A stretch of DNA of 64,000 bases from Nitrosopumilus sp. (GCA_965206745.1 OZ242220.1:512001-576000); one strand, 5' to 3'. Shown: positions 19,867 through 29,047, numbered from the stretch's first letter. Translations and numbers: made by a program. The notes: a model not told the origin generated them from the sequence alone.

Positions 19867-21375
19867 TTGTCAGATAAAATTACCCTTGAAGAATTAAAAT
19901 CTTATCTTTGGAAAGCCACTGATATTTTACGGGGATCTCTTGATCCTCAAGAATATAGACAACCGGTAATGACTGTTCTATTTCTAAAGAGATTAAATGA
20001 TACTTTTGAAGAAAATGTTGAAAAATTAATCAAAGAGGGAAATACACAAAAAAAAGCAGAACAAAAATTTCGACACAAGTTCTATGTTCCAGAATCTGCA
20101 CGATGGCATGTACTATCTGATGCATCATCGAATCTGGGTGAAATAATTGATAATGTCTGTAGAGATATTGAAAACAACGTTTCACAACTAGAAGGAGTTC
20201 TCACCAATACTACATACAATGATAAAAAAAAATATCCTGATGATAAATTACGAAAATTAATTGCACATTTTAATGAACTTACACTAAAGAACCAAAATCT
20301 AGAGAAAGAAGACATCTTTGGAGATGCATACGAGTATTTATTGGAGACATTTGCAGATGAAACAAAAAAGAAAGGTGGTGAATTTTTTACTCCAAGGGAA
20401 ATTGTTCAACTTTTAGTAAACATTACAAAGCCACAGGAAAAAATGAAAATCTCAGATCCGACATGTGGTTCTGGTGGTATGTTGGTTGTGTCTAGAAAAT
20501 ATGTCAAAGATCACAGAGGAAATATCGAAAACATTGTACTTGATGGTCAAGAATCTAATTATGGAAATTTAGGAATGTGTAAGATGAATCTAATGTTGCA
20601 TGGTGTGGAGAATTTTAGAATAGAATATGGTGATACCTTGTCTGATCCTAAACTTATTGACTGTGGAAAATTGAAACAATATGATAGAGTATTGGCAAAT
20701 TTTCCATTTTCCATGGATTGGGATAACTCTACTGCATCAAAAGATCCATACAATAGATTTGGATACGGTATTGCACCAGCCAAAGATAAGGCAGACTATG
20801 CATTTATCTTGCACATACTATCATCTCTAAACGAAAAAGGACAAGCAGCCATTGTCTGTTCACAAGGTGTTTTGTTCAGAGGAGGTGAGGAAGGGAAGAT
20901 TAGAAAGAATATGATAATGGGTAATGGATCAAATAATCTTGCAAATGATGTAATTGAGGCAATAATTGCATTGCCTCAAAAGATGTTCTGGGGAACAAGT
21001 ATTCCTGCTTGTGTAATGATACTAAACAAGAATAAGCCTACAAAAAGAAGAAGAAAAATAATATTCATTTACGGCGCAAAGGATTTTGAGGAGGGAAAGA
21101 ATAGAAACAAACTACGCGATGTAGATATGAAAAAAATTATCTCAGCGTTTGAGAAATTTGAAGATATTGACAAATATTGTCATGTTGCAAATATTGAAGA
21201 GTTGGAGGAAAATGAATTTAATCTCAACGTTCCAAGATATGTTGATATTTCAGAGCCTGAAGAAGATATTGATATTCAGAATGCATGGGATGAACTCATA
21301 GAGATCAACACAGTACAAGAAAAACTGAAAAAACAAGTAAAAACAGATCTCAAGGAATTAGGAATAAAGATCTGA
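19867..21375 (+). CDS. hsdM: Type I R-M methyltransferase
   Basis: FGDAYEYL, GEFFTP, DPTCGSGGML, motif IV variant NFPF, FNLNVPRYV. Confidence 0.95.
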   Translation: MSDKITLEELKSYLWKATDILRGSLDPQEYRQPVMTVLFLKRLNDTFEENVEKLIKEGNTQKKAEQKFRHKFYVPESARWHVLSDASSNLGEIIDNVCRDIENNVSQLEGVLTNTTYNDKKKYPDDKLRKLIAHFNELTLKNQNLEKEDIFGDAYEYLLETFADETKKKGGEFFTPREIVQLLVNITKPQEKMKISDPTCGSGGMLVVSRKYVKDHRGNIENIVLDGQESNYGNLGMCKMNLMLHGVENFRIEYGDTLSDPKLIDCGKLKQYDRVLANFPFSMDWDNSTASKDPYNRFGYGIAPAKDKADYAFILHILSSLNEKGQAAIVCSQGVLFRGGEEGKIRKNMIMGNGSNNLANDVIEAIIALPQKMFWGTSIPACVMILNKNKPTKRRRKIIFIYGAKDFEEGKNRNKLRDVDMKKIISAFEKFEDIDKYCHVANIEELEENEFNLNVPRYVDISEPEEDIDIQNAWDELIEINTVQEKLKKQVKTDLKELGIKI

Positions 21376-21599
21376 TCAATGATATCTGCTCTATAAATTA
21401 GGAAATATTTTGTACAATTTCAGATAAGACATCAAATGATATCTTTGTTGCATGTAATTGTGTAGTTAATCCTACAACGTTTTTCCATAGGATTCATTTG
21501 CAGGTAAATCAGTTGACGTATGTTGTGGTTTGTTACAGGAAAGAATATTGAGCTGTTGTGTTATGTGTCGTATTTCAGTTGTTATAATCCATGCATCCA

Positions 21600-22630
21600 A
21601 AATATTGTAGATCTAGACTTACGATCAAAAATTTATCTCCTGTTGCAATTATCACCCTGTTGAGATATCGGATAACATCCATGTTGTATCGAACTGTTCT
21701 AAAGTGTTCGGAGATTTTATCCCACATATCACTGTTGGATAATATTCAGATATACACAGATCTCATTTTGCCTGATGTCCACATTTCTCCACTGCATCCA
21801 AATGTGGAGATCTTTTTGGTAGGTAGATCATCTTGATGTTCTTGTCTCTTTTGAGCAGCTCTTGGATATTGTTTGTCAGATGTTGAGGTGTCTTATCCTC
21901 TGTTACTACAATTTTACCAAAATGTCTTTGCATGTCAATGATGTATTTTTCAAATATCTTTATATCAATCAATCATATGTCCTAAAGAATTGCTTGTCAT
22001 CAATTGAAAGTGCACCATACACTGCAACTTTTTGATGCAGTCCAATGTATGGAATCATTATAGATTTCCTTTGATAGATCAGTATTTACATCACGGTGTT
22101 GCGTCATGAATAAAGAAAGATTTGTTTTGACTAGAATAATAAATCTCTTGTGTTTTAGGAATCCAATCTTGTTTTGTGTACGGCGTTGCCATCTGTATAC
22201 TGCCTTACTGTCTTCTCTGTTAATGTATATTCTTCTGGCACATTTAGGGATCCTATTGTATATCTGCATCATCTTGTTGAGTGATGTTATATGCAACGTT
22301 GCATTGGTTTTATGGAATATGTGTTGATATAATTTTGACAGAGTGATCTGCAAATTAGATATCTCATTCATTATGCGGCCAATCTTTCTGCGTTGTATTT
22401 TTGAATGCTTACCATTACGAGAAAGATCCCTGAAGACGTTCATGCTGGCCTCGTTGAATCTTGATATTCATTTGCCTACTCATTCTGAACAACACATAGT
22501 ATGTTGGCAATCTCCTCATACATCACCTTTTTTCCAATACCATGTGAACTATAATCATTCATCTACTGATTAGAATATTTTTTTCCTTGTCACATATTTT
22601 TTTAAATTTTTTATGTTTGGGTTATTCATG
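21600..22630 (-). pseudogene. Degraded IS630-family transposase
   Basis: Fragments: EIANILC..DLSRNG (HTH region) and EDKTPQH..YLPKRSPHLDAVE (D-x-A-x-x-H and LP-x-x-SP-x-LN-x-IE consensus), with many stops and frameshifts. Limits approximate. Confidence 0.72.
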
Positions 22631-23178
22631 TCATACATGAACTGAGATGATCCTTATACTCAGAGTTTTACAAAATTTGATACATGAATGAGTTTTTTCT
22701 CGTCAGTCTAGTCTGATTCTGCGAATCACACTAGCAAAAATCTAACATATGATAAGAGGTAATTTTATATGGAAATATTTTTTCTACTCTGCAAACTGTA
22801 AATATATACGGATGACAATGAAGGCATGTTACAAGAATTCCTGAAGTACAAATTATTCATTTACTTGTTAATCAAACACATAACAACACCAACAGAATCA
22901 AGATCATACCAACTATGTCTAGATGATTTGATGGTTTTTTAAATTATCATGCATAGTTTTTTTAGACATCCTGTCTCCTTTCTTCCATTTCATTTGCATT
23001 CTCGCTCGTATTTTCTTGAATAGTCTTTTGATCTCTGGTATTGCGTAAATTCTTTAGATTTCATTGGTATTTTTGAGGCATATCGTTTAAAAGTTTTTTG
23101 ATTTGATGTGCTACTGATCTATAAGCTTTTTGTTATTTTTAGAGGTGAGTTTATGGGCAACATTGATTTCTTCTCATT

Positions 23179-23742
23179 ATGCAAATTTTTATATCTCATG
23201 CCAAAGAAGATAATCCCATAGTCTACCAAATATTGAAAATGCTAGACGATAATCAAATTCGTCATTGGCAGGATCTAACTCGAATAGATGTAAGTAGTTC
23301 TATTAACAAAGAGATAAACGATGCAATTAGTTCTTCTAGTCATTTTTTATTAATATGGTCAAAAAATGCAAATAAATCAACGTTTGTTCAAAAAGAATAT
23401 AATTCAGCTATTACTCCAGATTATGATTATAAATTAAAGAAAATAATTATAAGATTAGATGATACTCGTCTACCTGCATTATTGGCTGATTTACGATATT
23501 ATAGAATTAGTTCTGATGAATTAGAAAAAACTATGCATGAGATAATTTTTGACATTAAGAAACTAGATAATGAAGATGAAAGACAAAAGAAATTTGATGA
23601 TTATCTAGATGAAAAATTTGACAATATTTTTATTGCAGATCACGAATACAGCACATCATATGCATTAAAAAATATAGATAACAAAACATATCATGAAAAC
23701 ATGCTAAGTTGGGAAGATGTTTTAAATGAGGAAGGAAATTGA
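23179..23742 (+). CDS. TIR-domain protein
   Basis: IFISHAKED box 1, EINDAISSSSHFLLIWSKN..STFVQKE (putative catalytic Glu); TTGA overlap with the hsdS-B start. Confidence 0.87.
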   Translation: MQIFISHAKEDNPIVYQILKMLDDNQIRHWQDLTRIDVSSSINKEINDAISSSSHFLLIWSKNANKSTFVQKEYNSAITPDYDYKLKKIIIRLDDTRLPALLADLRYYRISSDELEKTMHEIIFDIKKLDNEDERQKKFDDYLDEKFDNIFIADHEYSTSYALKNIDNKTYHENMLSWEDVLNEEGN

Positions 23743-25052
23743 AAAAAAGAAATAGATACAAGAGAGTAAAAGGATTGTTTGGTGAATATGAAGAAATTCC
23801 AGAAGAATGGGGCTTTTCAATTTTAAATAAACTAACTTTACATAATGATCAGAGTTCCATCCGAATGGGTCCATTTGGAAGTAGTCTAAAAAAACATGAA
23901 TTATTAGATGAAGGAAAAATTAAAACAATCTGGATTGAAAATATTGTAAATAATGAATTTTCATGGGAATATCAGAAATATATCTCTGAAGAAAAATATA
24001 AACAACTTGGAAATTTCACAGTAAAACCAAATGATCTTCTTATTACAATGATGGGAACTTTGGGAAGAGTAGCTATAGTTCCAAAAGACATCGATATTGC
24101 CATAATCTCGTCACATCTTCTAAAAATTACATTAGATAATGACAAAATGATTTCAGAATATTTGTATTATTTCTTAAAATCAAATTTTGCATTTCGACAG
24201 ATTACAAAAGAATCTAGAGGGATGGTAATGGGAGGTTTGAATACAAAAATTATTAAAAATCTATGGATAATTATTCCAACAATTCTAGAACAACAAAAAA
24301 TTGCATCAATTCTTTCTAATGTTGACGCATTGATACAAAATACACAACAAGTTGTGGATAAAGCTGGACGATTAAAGAAAGGATTGATGCAAGAATTATT
24401 GATAAAAGGAATAAAACATGACCAATTTAAGAAAATAAAAGGATTATTTGGTAAAGAGATAGAGATTCCTGAAGATTGGGAGATCAAGAAAATTAATGAA
24501 ATAGGAGAGATAATAACTGGTAATACTCCATCAACAGATAACCAAGAATATTATGGTAATGAATATTTGTGGGTTAGCCCATCAGATATAAATCAACAAA
24601 AATTTATTGATAATACTAATTCAAAATTATCCCGTAAAGGATTCGAAGTTTGTAGAAGTATACCTAAATATGCGGTTTTAATTGTTTGTATTGGTTCGAC
24701 TATAGGAAAAATTGTAATAGCATCCAAACAAATGTCAACTAACCAACAAATTAATTCAATAATTTGTAAGCAATTTGATCCAGAATTTGTGTATTATCAA
24801 ATACTAAAAAATAATAAATTAATCAAAAACATATCTAATCAAGCTGCAGTTCCAATTTTAAACAAAACAGATTTTGGCATAATTAAAATCATTATACCCA
24901 CTAATTATGAAGAACAAACCAAAATTGCATCAATCCTGTCAGGAGTTGACGCATACATTCAAAAAAATCAAGAATACAAGAAACATCTGGAACTTCTAAA
25001 GAAAGGATTAATGCAAAAATTACTAACTGGTAAAATACGTGTAAAAGTATGA
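23739..25052 (+). CDS. hsdS: Type I specificity subunit HsdS-B (complete)
   Basis: Two TRDs and both conserved helices; ends LKKGLMQKLLTGKIRVKV. Confidence 0.95.
   Translation: MKKRNRYKRVKGLFGEYEEIPEEWGFSILNKLTLHNDQSSIRMGPFGSSLKKHELLDEGKIKTIWIENIVNNEFSWEYQKYISEEKYKQLGNFTVKPNDLLITMMGTLGRVAIVPKDIDIAIISSHLLKITLDNDKMISEYLYYFLKSNFAFRQITKESRGMVMGGLNTKIIKNLWIIIPTILEQQKIASILSNVDALIQNTQQVVDKAGRLKKGLMQELLIKGIKHDQFKKIKGLFGKEIEIPEDWEIKKINEIGEIITGNTPSTDNQEYYGNEYLWVSPSDINQQKFIDNTNSKLSRKGFEVCRSIPKYAVLIVCIGSTIGKIVIASKQMSTNQQINSIICKQFDPEFVYYQILKNNKLIKNISNQAAVPILNKTDFGIIKIIIPTNYEEQTKIASILSGVDAYIQKNQEYKKHLELLKKGLMQKLLTGKIRVKV
24288..24401 (+). repeat. Central inverted repeat, right copy (114 bp)
   Basis: Identical to the reverse complement of 13699-13812. 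Confidence 0.96.
24921..24953 (+). repeat. Distal inverted repeat, right copy (33 bp)
   Basis: 32/33 match to the reverse complement of 13135-13167. Confidence 0.92.
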
Positions 25053-25194
25053 CTTTGGGAATGTGCCTAGAATGGAAAGATCATCAAAATTCAGAACAAG
25101 ACTGATTCCTATGCCTAGAATGCCAGTTGTATCCTTGGGGGAGCCACAAAACGGGTATTAGGTATAAAATACCCCTTTCCTCACTTGACGATTA

Positions 25195-25680
25195 GTGGAT
25201 AGAATAAAGCGACTCTCATTTGAGGTTCTAGTAGATCACAAATCCAAGTTTGGCGAGGACTTTGCTGATAACAAAAAGGCACTTGATCTGATATCGATAA
25301 TCCGTTCAAAGGGATTAAAAAATGAGGTTGCAGGATATATTACAAAATTTATCAAAAACGAGATTCGTGAGGAGAAGACCAAGCAGGCAAGAATTGAGGC
25401 GGCAAAATCTGAGCAGCAGTTTGAGGAACCATCTGAGGCAGAACTCGGAAATGATGTACCTCAAGAGGCAGATAAAGTGACAACAGATGATAATACAGAT
25501 CAAGCAGTATCTGACATCCCTGATATTACAGAGCCTGCCACAGCAGACACAGCTCAAACAGTACCTGATATCCCTGAGACTGTAGAACCTGCCACAGCAG
25601 ACACAGCTCAAACAGTATCTGAGACTGCAGAACCTGTCACTGAGAATCCATCCGAACCAGTCAAAGAACCTGAATCATAA
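25195..25680 (+). CDS. rps17e: 30S ribosomal protein S17e with acidic repetitive C-terminal extension
   Basis: KFGEDFADNKKAL..IRSKGLKNEVAGYIT is the S17e signature. Confidence 0.88.
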   Translation: MDRIKRLSFEVLVDHKSKFGEDFADNKKALDLISIIRSKGLKNEVAGYITKFIKNEIREEKTKQARIEAAKSEQQFEEPSEAELGNDVPQEADKVTTDDNTDQAVSDIPDITEPATADTAQTVPDIPETVEPATADTAQTVSETAEPVTENPSEPVKEPES

Positions 25681-25712
25681 ATTAAATATTATTTCCCAAT
25701 CTCAAACTAGAC

Positions 25713-26483
25713 ATGTTTACTGTAAAATTTGTAGGCGGCGCAAAAAAATCATTCCCATCAGAGTATCTAAATATTGATCAGCCAGAGATGACAATACAAG
25801 AATTAATCACACTATTACCGGATCTAAAGCCTGCTGACACTCCCAAGCTTGACACAGATAACATCCTAATTGCAATTAATGGGGCTGACTCGTCTGCGAT
25901 GGATGGCAGGTCCACAAAGATAAGGAAGGACGATATTGTAAGTATCATACCGCTTATTCATGGAGGCGCATCAAAGAGGATTACATTTGAACTCTCAAAA
26001 AAAATCATACAGGCAGTTCAAATCAAAGGTCAAAAATCAACGACCGTAAAATTCATCGATGAGCTGAGACAGAGACACCCCAGAGTCCGACTACAGGCAG
26101 TATCAAGTGACTTTATTCTAAACCGCTATCACCTAAAAAAGATCATCTCCATATCCTTAGAGTCGGAGAAAAATGACATCCTGCTCTCAAAGAAACTTGA
26201 GATTGACATCCTGATGAGGTTTGCCCTGACTGCGCAGATCTCAAGTGCGATAAAGAATGCCGGAATAAAGCCCAAAACAGACTTTATCATAATTGCAATA
26301 GGCAGCAAACGATATCTGGATTCTTTATACCGTGAACTGATGCCCCTCTCTACCATCATGACTCTAAATAATCATGAATCCCTAAAGAGGCACTTCAAAA
26401 TAACAAAAAGACACATTGACTCGGTCCACTCAAAAGATCCGCTAGCCGACATACTAGTCGAAAAGGCAGCCGTACTATTCTGA
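25713..26483 (+). CDS. MoaD/ThiS ubiquitin-like domain fused to KEOPS subunit Cgi121
   Basis: N-terminal beta-grasp ending DIVSIIPLIHGG; C-terminal LEIDILMRFALTAQISSAIKNAGIK resembles Cgi121. Confidence 0.8.
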   Translation: MFTVKFVGGAKKSFPSEYLNIDQPEMTIQELITLLPDLKPADTPKLDTDNILIAINGADSSAMDGRSTKIRKDDIVSIIPLIHGGASKRITFELSKKIIQAVQIKGQKSTTVKFIDELRQRHPRVRLQAVSSDFILNRYHLKKIISISLESEKNDILLSKKLEIDILMRFALTAQISSAIKNAGIKPKTDFIIIAIGSKRYLDSLYRELMPLSTIMTLNNHESLKRHFKITKRHIDSVHSKDPLADILVEKAAVLF

Positions 26484-26996
26484 GATGCTTCGCTTGGTCT
26501 TTTCAGTGCTCAGTATGTCTGATTTTCTCAGAATCGACACCCCCGTCTTGTTGCCTAGAATCTCAACTAGTAGCACCTTGTCTGGAAAGTCCAGGGACAC
26601 CTTGTTCTTTATCTTACCTGCTACCCTTGTGATTATCTCCCTGCTTGATAAATCAGAGTTCCTCTTCTCGACTGATATCTTATACTCCTCACCCTCCAAA
26701 ATCTGACCTGACAGCTCTCCTGCGCTCTCCTCTATCTCCTCGACTTTTGACTCGATGACCCTCTGTATGGGTATGACCCTTTTGCAGTATCTCACACTCC
26801 ACGGCTCATCAAGGAGCATCTCTTTCATCCTCCTTACGACCTCTATCGGGTCAAGGCTTGTCTTGACAGTCAGGATTCCAGACATGCTAGTAATCGTCAC
26901 CTCGGCATCCGGATCCCCAAACTCTCCCAGGATATCCACAAGCTCATCCTCTGTCTCAGGTTCAAGGTGTCTGGGGCAGGTAACTATAAGATTCAT
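26475..26996 (-). CDS. THUMP-domain RNA-binding protein
   Basis: YKISVEKR..KVSLDFPDKVLLVEIL THUMP signature. Confidence 0.85.
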   Translation of the reverse strand: MNLIVTCPRHLEPETEDELVDILGEFGDPDAEVTITSMSGILTVKTSLDPIEVVRRMKEMLLDEPWSVRYCKRVIPIQRVIESKVEEIEESAGELSGQILEGEEYKISVEKRNSDLSSREIITRVAGKIKNKVSLDFPDKVLLVEILGNKTGVSILRKSDILSTEKTKRSISE

Positions 26997-27622
26997 GATT
27001 GTAAAATCTCCTCTTTGGTTAAAGAGCCTTTGCGGATTAGATTGATCCCCCCGTTATCGATCTCAATTATCGTTGATTCCCCCTTGCCTGCAATGGTTCC
27101 GCCATCCACAAAGACATCATAGCTCTGCAGACTCTTTAGGCAATCCTCCGGATTCGTATGTGGCAATCCTCCGGAGACATTTGCGCTGGTCCCGACAAGA
27201 AAGTCACACCTTCTTAACAGTTCTAGCGTGCACCTGTGGTCCGGGATTCTGATTGCTATCTTGTCTGTCAGATTCAGTGATTCCTTGATCTTTTCATCTG
27301 TAACCTTTAGAATTATTGTCAGTGGCCCTGGCCAGAATCTCTCAACGATCCTTTTGGCAAGTTCATTAAACTCTGCTATTCTTTGAGCAGCCTCCACTGA
27401 ATGCGTTAAAACTGGAAGCGGCTTTGATGCATCCCTTGACTTGATCCTGTATACCTTCTCCACTGCCACTCTATTGTATGGGTCGCACCCTATCCCATAG
27501 ACCGTATCTGTTGGAAAGACTGCTACTCCGCCCTGGCTGATTATCTGGGATGCCTTCTCTATTCCCTCCCCATCACAACTTACCTTCAACGCATTGGAAT
27601 GATCCCTTTCTTTAATTACCAT
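26993..27622 (-). CDS. sua5: L-threonylcarbamoyladenylate synthase (Sua5/YrdC)
   Basis: FPTDTVYGIG, KSR..KPL, FWPGPLTII, TSANVSG. Confidence 0.92.
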   Translation of the reverse strand: MVIKERDHSNALKVSCDGEGIEKASQIISQGGVAVFPTDTVYGIGCDPYNRVAVEKVYRIKSRDASKPLPVLTHSVEAAQRIAEFNELAKRIVERFWPGPLTIILKVTDEKIKESLNLTDKIAIRIPDHRCTLELLRRCDFLVGTSANVSGGLPHTNPEDCLKSLQSYDVFVDGGTIAGKGESTIIEIDNGGINLIRKGSLTKEEILQS

Positions 27623-27665
27623 TTACATTTGAAAAAGTTTTTAACAGTTCTGATCATTGAAAGGT

Positions 27666-27734
27666 ATGTCATCTGTAAATTACGAGGATAACGACTTTGA
27701 GGATGACTTTGATGACAATCTAGATGAGGACTAG
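27666..27734 (+). CDS. Putative 22-aa acidic micropeptide
   Basis: MSSVNYEDNDFEDDFDDNLDED*; BRE/TATA-like GAAAAAGTTTTTAA at 27631-27644, about 25 bp upstream of the ATG. Confidence 0.45.
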   Translation: MSSVNYEDNDFEDDFDDNLDED

Positions 27735-28018
27735 ATGTTCAACCCAAAGCTGTCTGCAAAGTTTGTAAACGTATAGTATGCCTGCAGGAACTCCCTGCCG
27801 TTCTCGCTGATCTTGTACTTGTTTGAGCCCTGGGTGTCATTTTTTTCCAAGAGTCCCTGCGACACCAGGGTCTTTAGTATGCTTGAGATTCTAGAATGCG
27901 GAATGTTGGCTTTTCGGATTAGATATGTAACTGATGCCCCGTTCTCGTCTTGAAGGTCATCCCTTGTTGTAGCTAGAATATCCCCAATTATCTTCATGTG
28001 TGTCCTGTATTCGGCCAT
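27731..28018 (-). CDS. Winged-helix DNA-binding protein
   Basis: YRTHMKIIGDIL..LIRKANI..L..QGLL..YKISENGREFL, an archaeal wHTH pattern. Confidence 0.8.
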   Translation of the reverse strand: MAEYRTHMKIIGDILATTRDDLQDENGASVTYLIRKANIPHSRISSILKTLVSQGLLEKNDTQGSNKYKISENGREFLQAYYTFTNFADSFGLNI

Positions 28019-28138
28019 TTGTACTATTGGTAATTACTCTAATTTCTATGATAGCTCATTGATATTTTCCAATATACAAAAAAGATAAAAGAATTTGACT
28101 AGTTCGTGATTTCTTATGGTTTTGAGCCTGACAGGCAG

Positions 28139-28777
28139 TCATCTCATGTCATCATCGAACTTTATCCTCGTTAACGGCACCTTGCTTACGGGGATGAACA
28201 ATGCTACCAGTCCTGCGATCTTGATAATTATTGATGCCGAATACAGGATTGATCCCGGGAATACAAACGAGTACCATCCGACAAATTCACCCAATGCCAA
28301 CAGTCCCAGTCCCACTGCAACTGAGATTGCCCCCCTGTTCCTGTTTTCAAAGTATGAGAGCATCGTCTCAATTGCACCGTATGCCAGCAGGATAAATGAC
28401 ACGGACCGGAAGATGTGTTCGAGCTGGACAGAGGAGACTAAAAACAGTGGAACTATTCCTACTGATCTAAAGTAGCTGGATTTTGGAAAGAATGATTTAA
28501 TGCTGTGTGAAAATGCGATAAAGAAATATCCGACTGTCTGAATTGCGATTCCCAGTGTCTGAATCCCCCTTTGGGTGTTTCCTATCTTTGTAAAATCATC
28601 TATCATATAGCCGGACCATATGACAAAAAAGCCCAAGCTGATTGAAAAGAATGCGATCGTCAGTCTAAACAGTGTCGGACTTCCCGTGTTCCTAAACCCG
28701 ACATATGACATTATGCCTATTGCAAGTCCTACCAGGAACCCCACCATGTTTAGGATGTTCTCTAACCAAAAGTCCAA
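28139..28777 (-). CDS. Multi-pass membrane protein
   Basis: About 6-7 hydrophobic segments; co-oriented with the wHTH gene. Confidence 0.72.
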   Translation of the reverse strand: MDFWLENILNMVGFLVGLAIGIMSYVGFRNTGSPTLFRLTIAFFSISLGFFVIWSGYMIDDFTKIGNTQRGIQTLGIAIQTVGYFFIAFSHSIKSFFPKSSYFRSVGIVPLFLVSSVQLEHIFRSVSFILLAYGAIETMLSYFENRNRGAISVAVGLGLLALGEFVGWYSFVFPGSILYSASIIIKIAGLVALFIPVSKVPLTRIKFDDDMR

Positions 28778-28837
28778 TGATAACTAGAACTGCGTTTAAC
28801 TAATTATTTTAACCTGATGAATCATTACACTATCTTG

Positions 28838-29047
28838 TTAATCCCATTCATCCAGCGAACCTGCAGTTTGGCCTTCAGTACTACTTGCATAGTCCCCCAG
28901 GATATCAGAGTACTTTGCCTCATTGTGGGCAACAAATTTTACGTATTCCCCGTAACTCATGTCAAGGTCGCAAGAGCCGCATTTGACTTCTGAATAGTCC
29001 ATTGCCAGCTCTGCGTTCTCTTTGCATTTTGGGCATTTTATCTTCAT
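28838..29047 (-). CDS. Small zinc-ribbon protein
   Basis: CPKC..CGSC with an acidic tail. Confidence 0.7.
   Translation of the reverse strand: MKIKCPKCKENAELAMDYSEVKCGSCDLDMSYGEYVKFVAHNEAKYSDILGDYASSTEGQTAGSLDEWD

Larger units (their letters stand above)
8256..25060. mobile_element. Defence island with tyrosine recombinase, two TBP paralogs and an invertible type I R-M locus
   Basis: Mostly AT-rich accessory block between core tatD and rps17e, holding a recombinase, nucleases, IS remnants and hsd genes. Boundaries are approximate; no clear att duplication was found. Confidence 0.7.

Noticed and set aside
8256-25060. Provirus or conjugative element
   Set aside because: No capsid, terminase, replication or conjugation genes were recognised.
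25063-25122. TGCCTAGAATG direct repeat at the island's right edge as an att site
   Set aside because: The two copies are only ~48 bp apart and no partner was seen at the left boundary.
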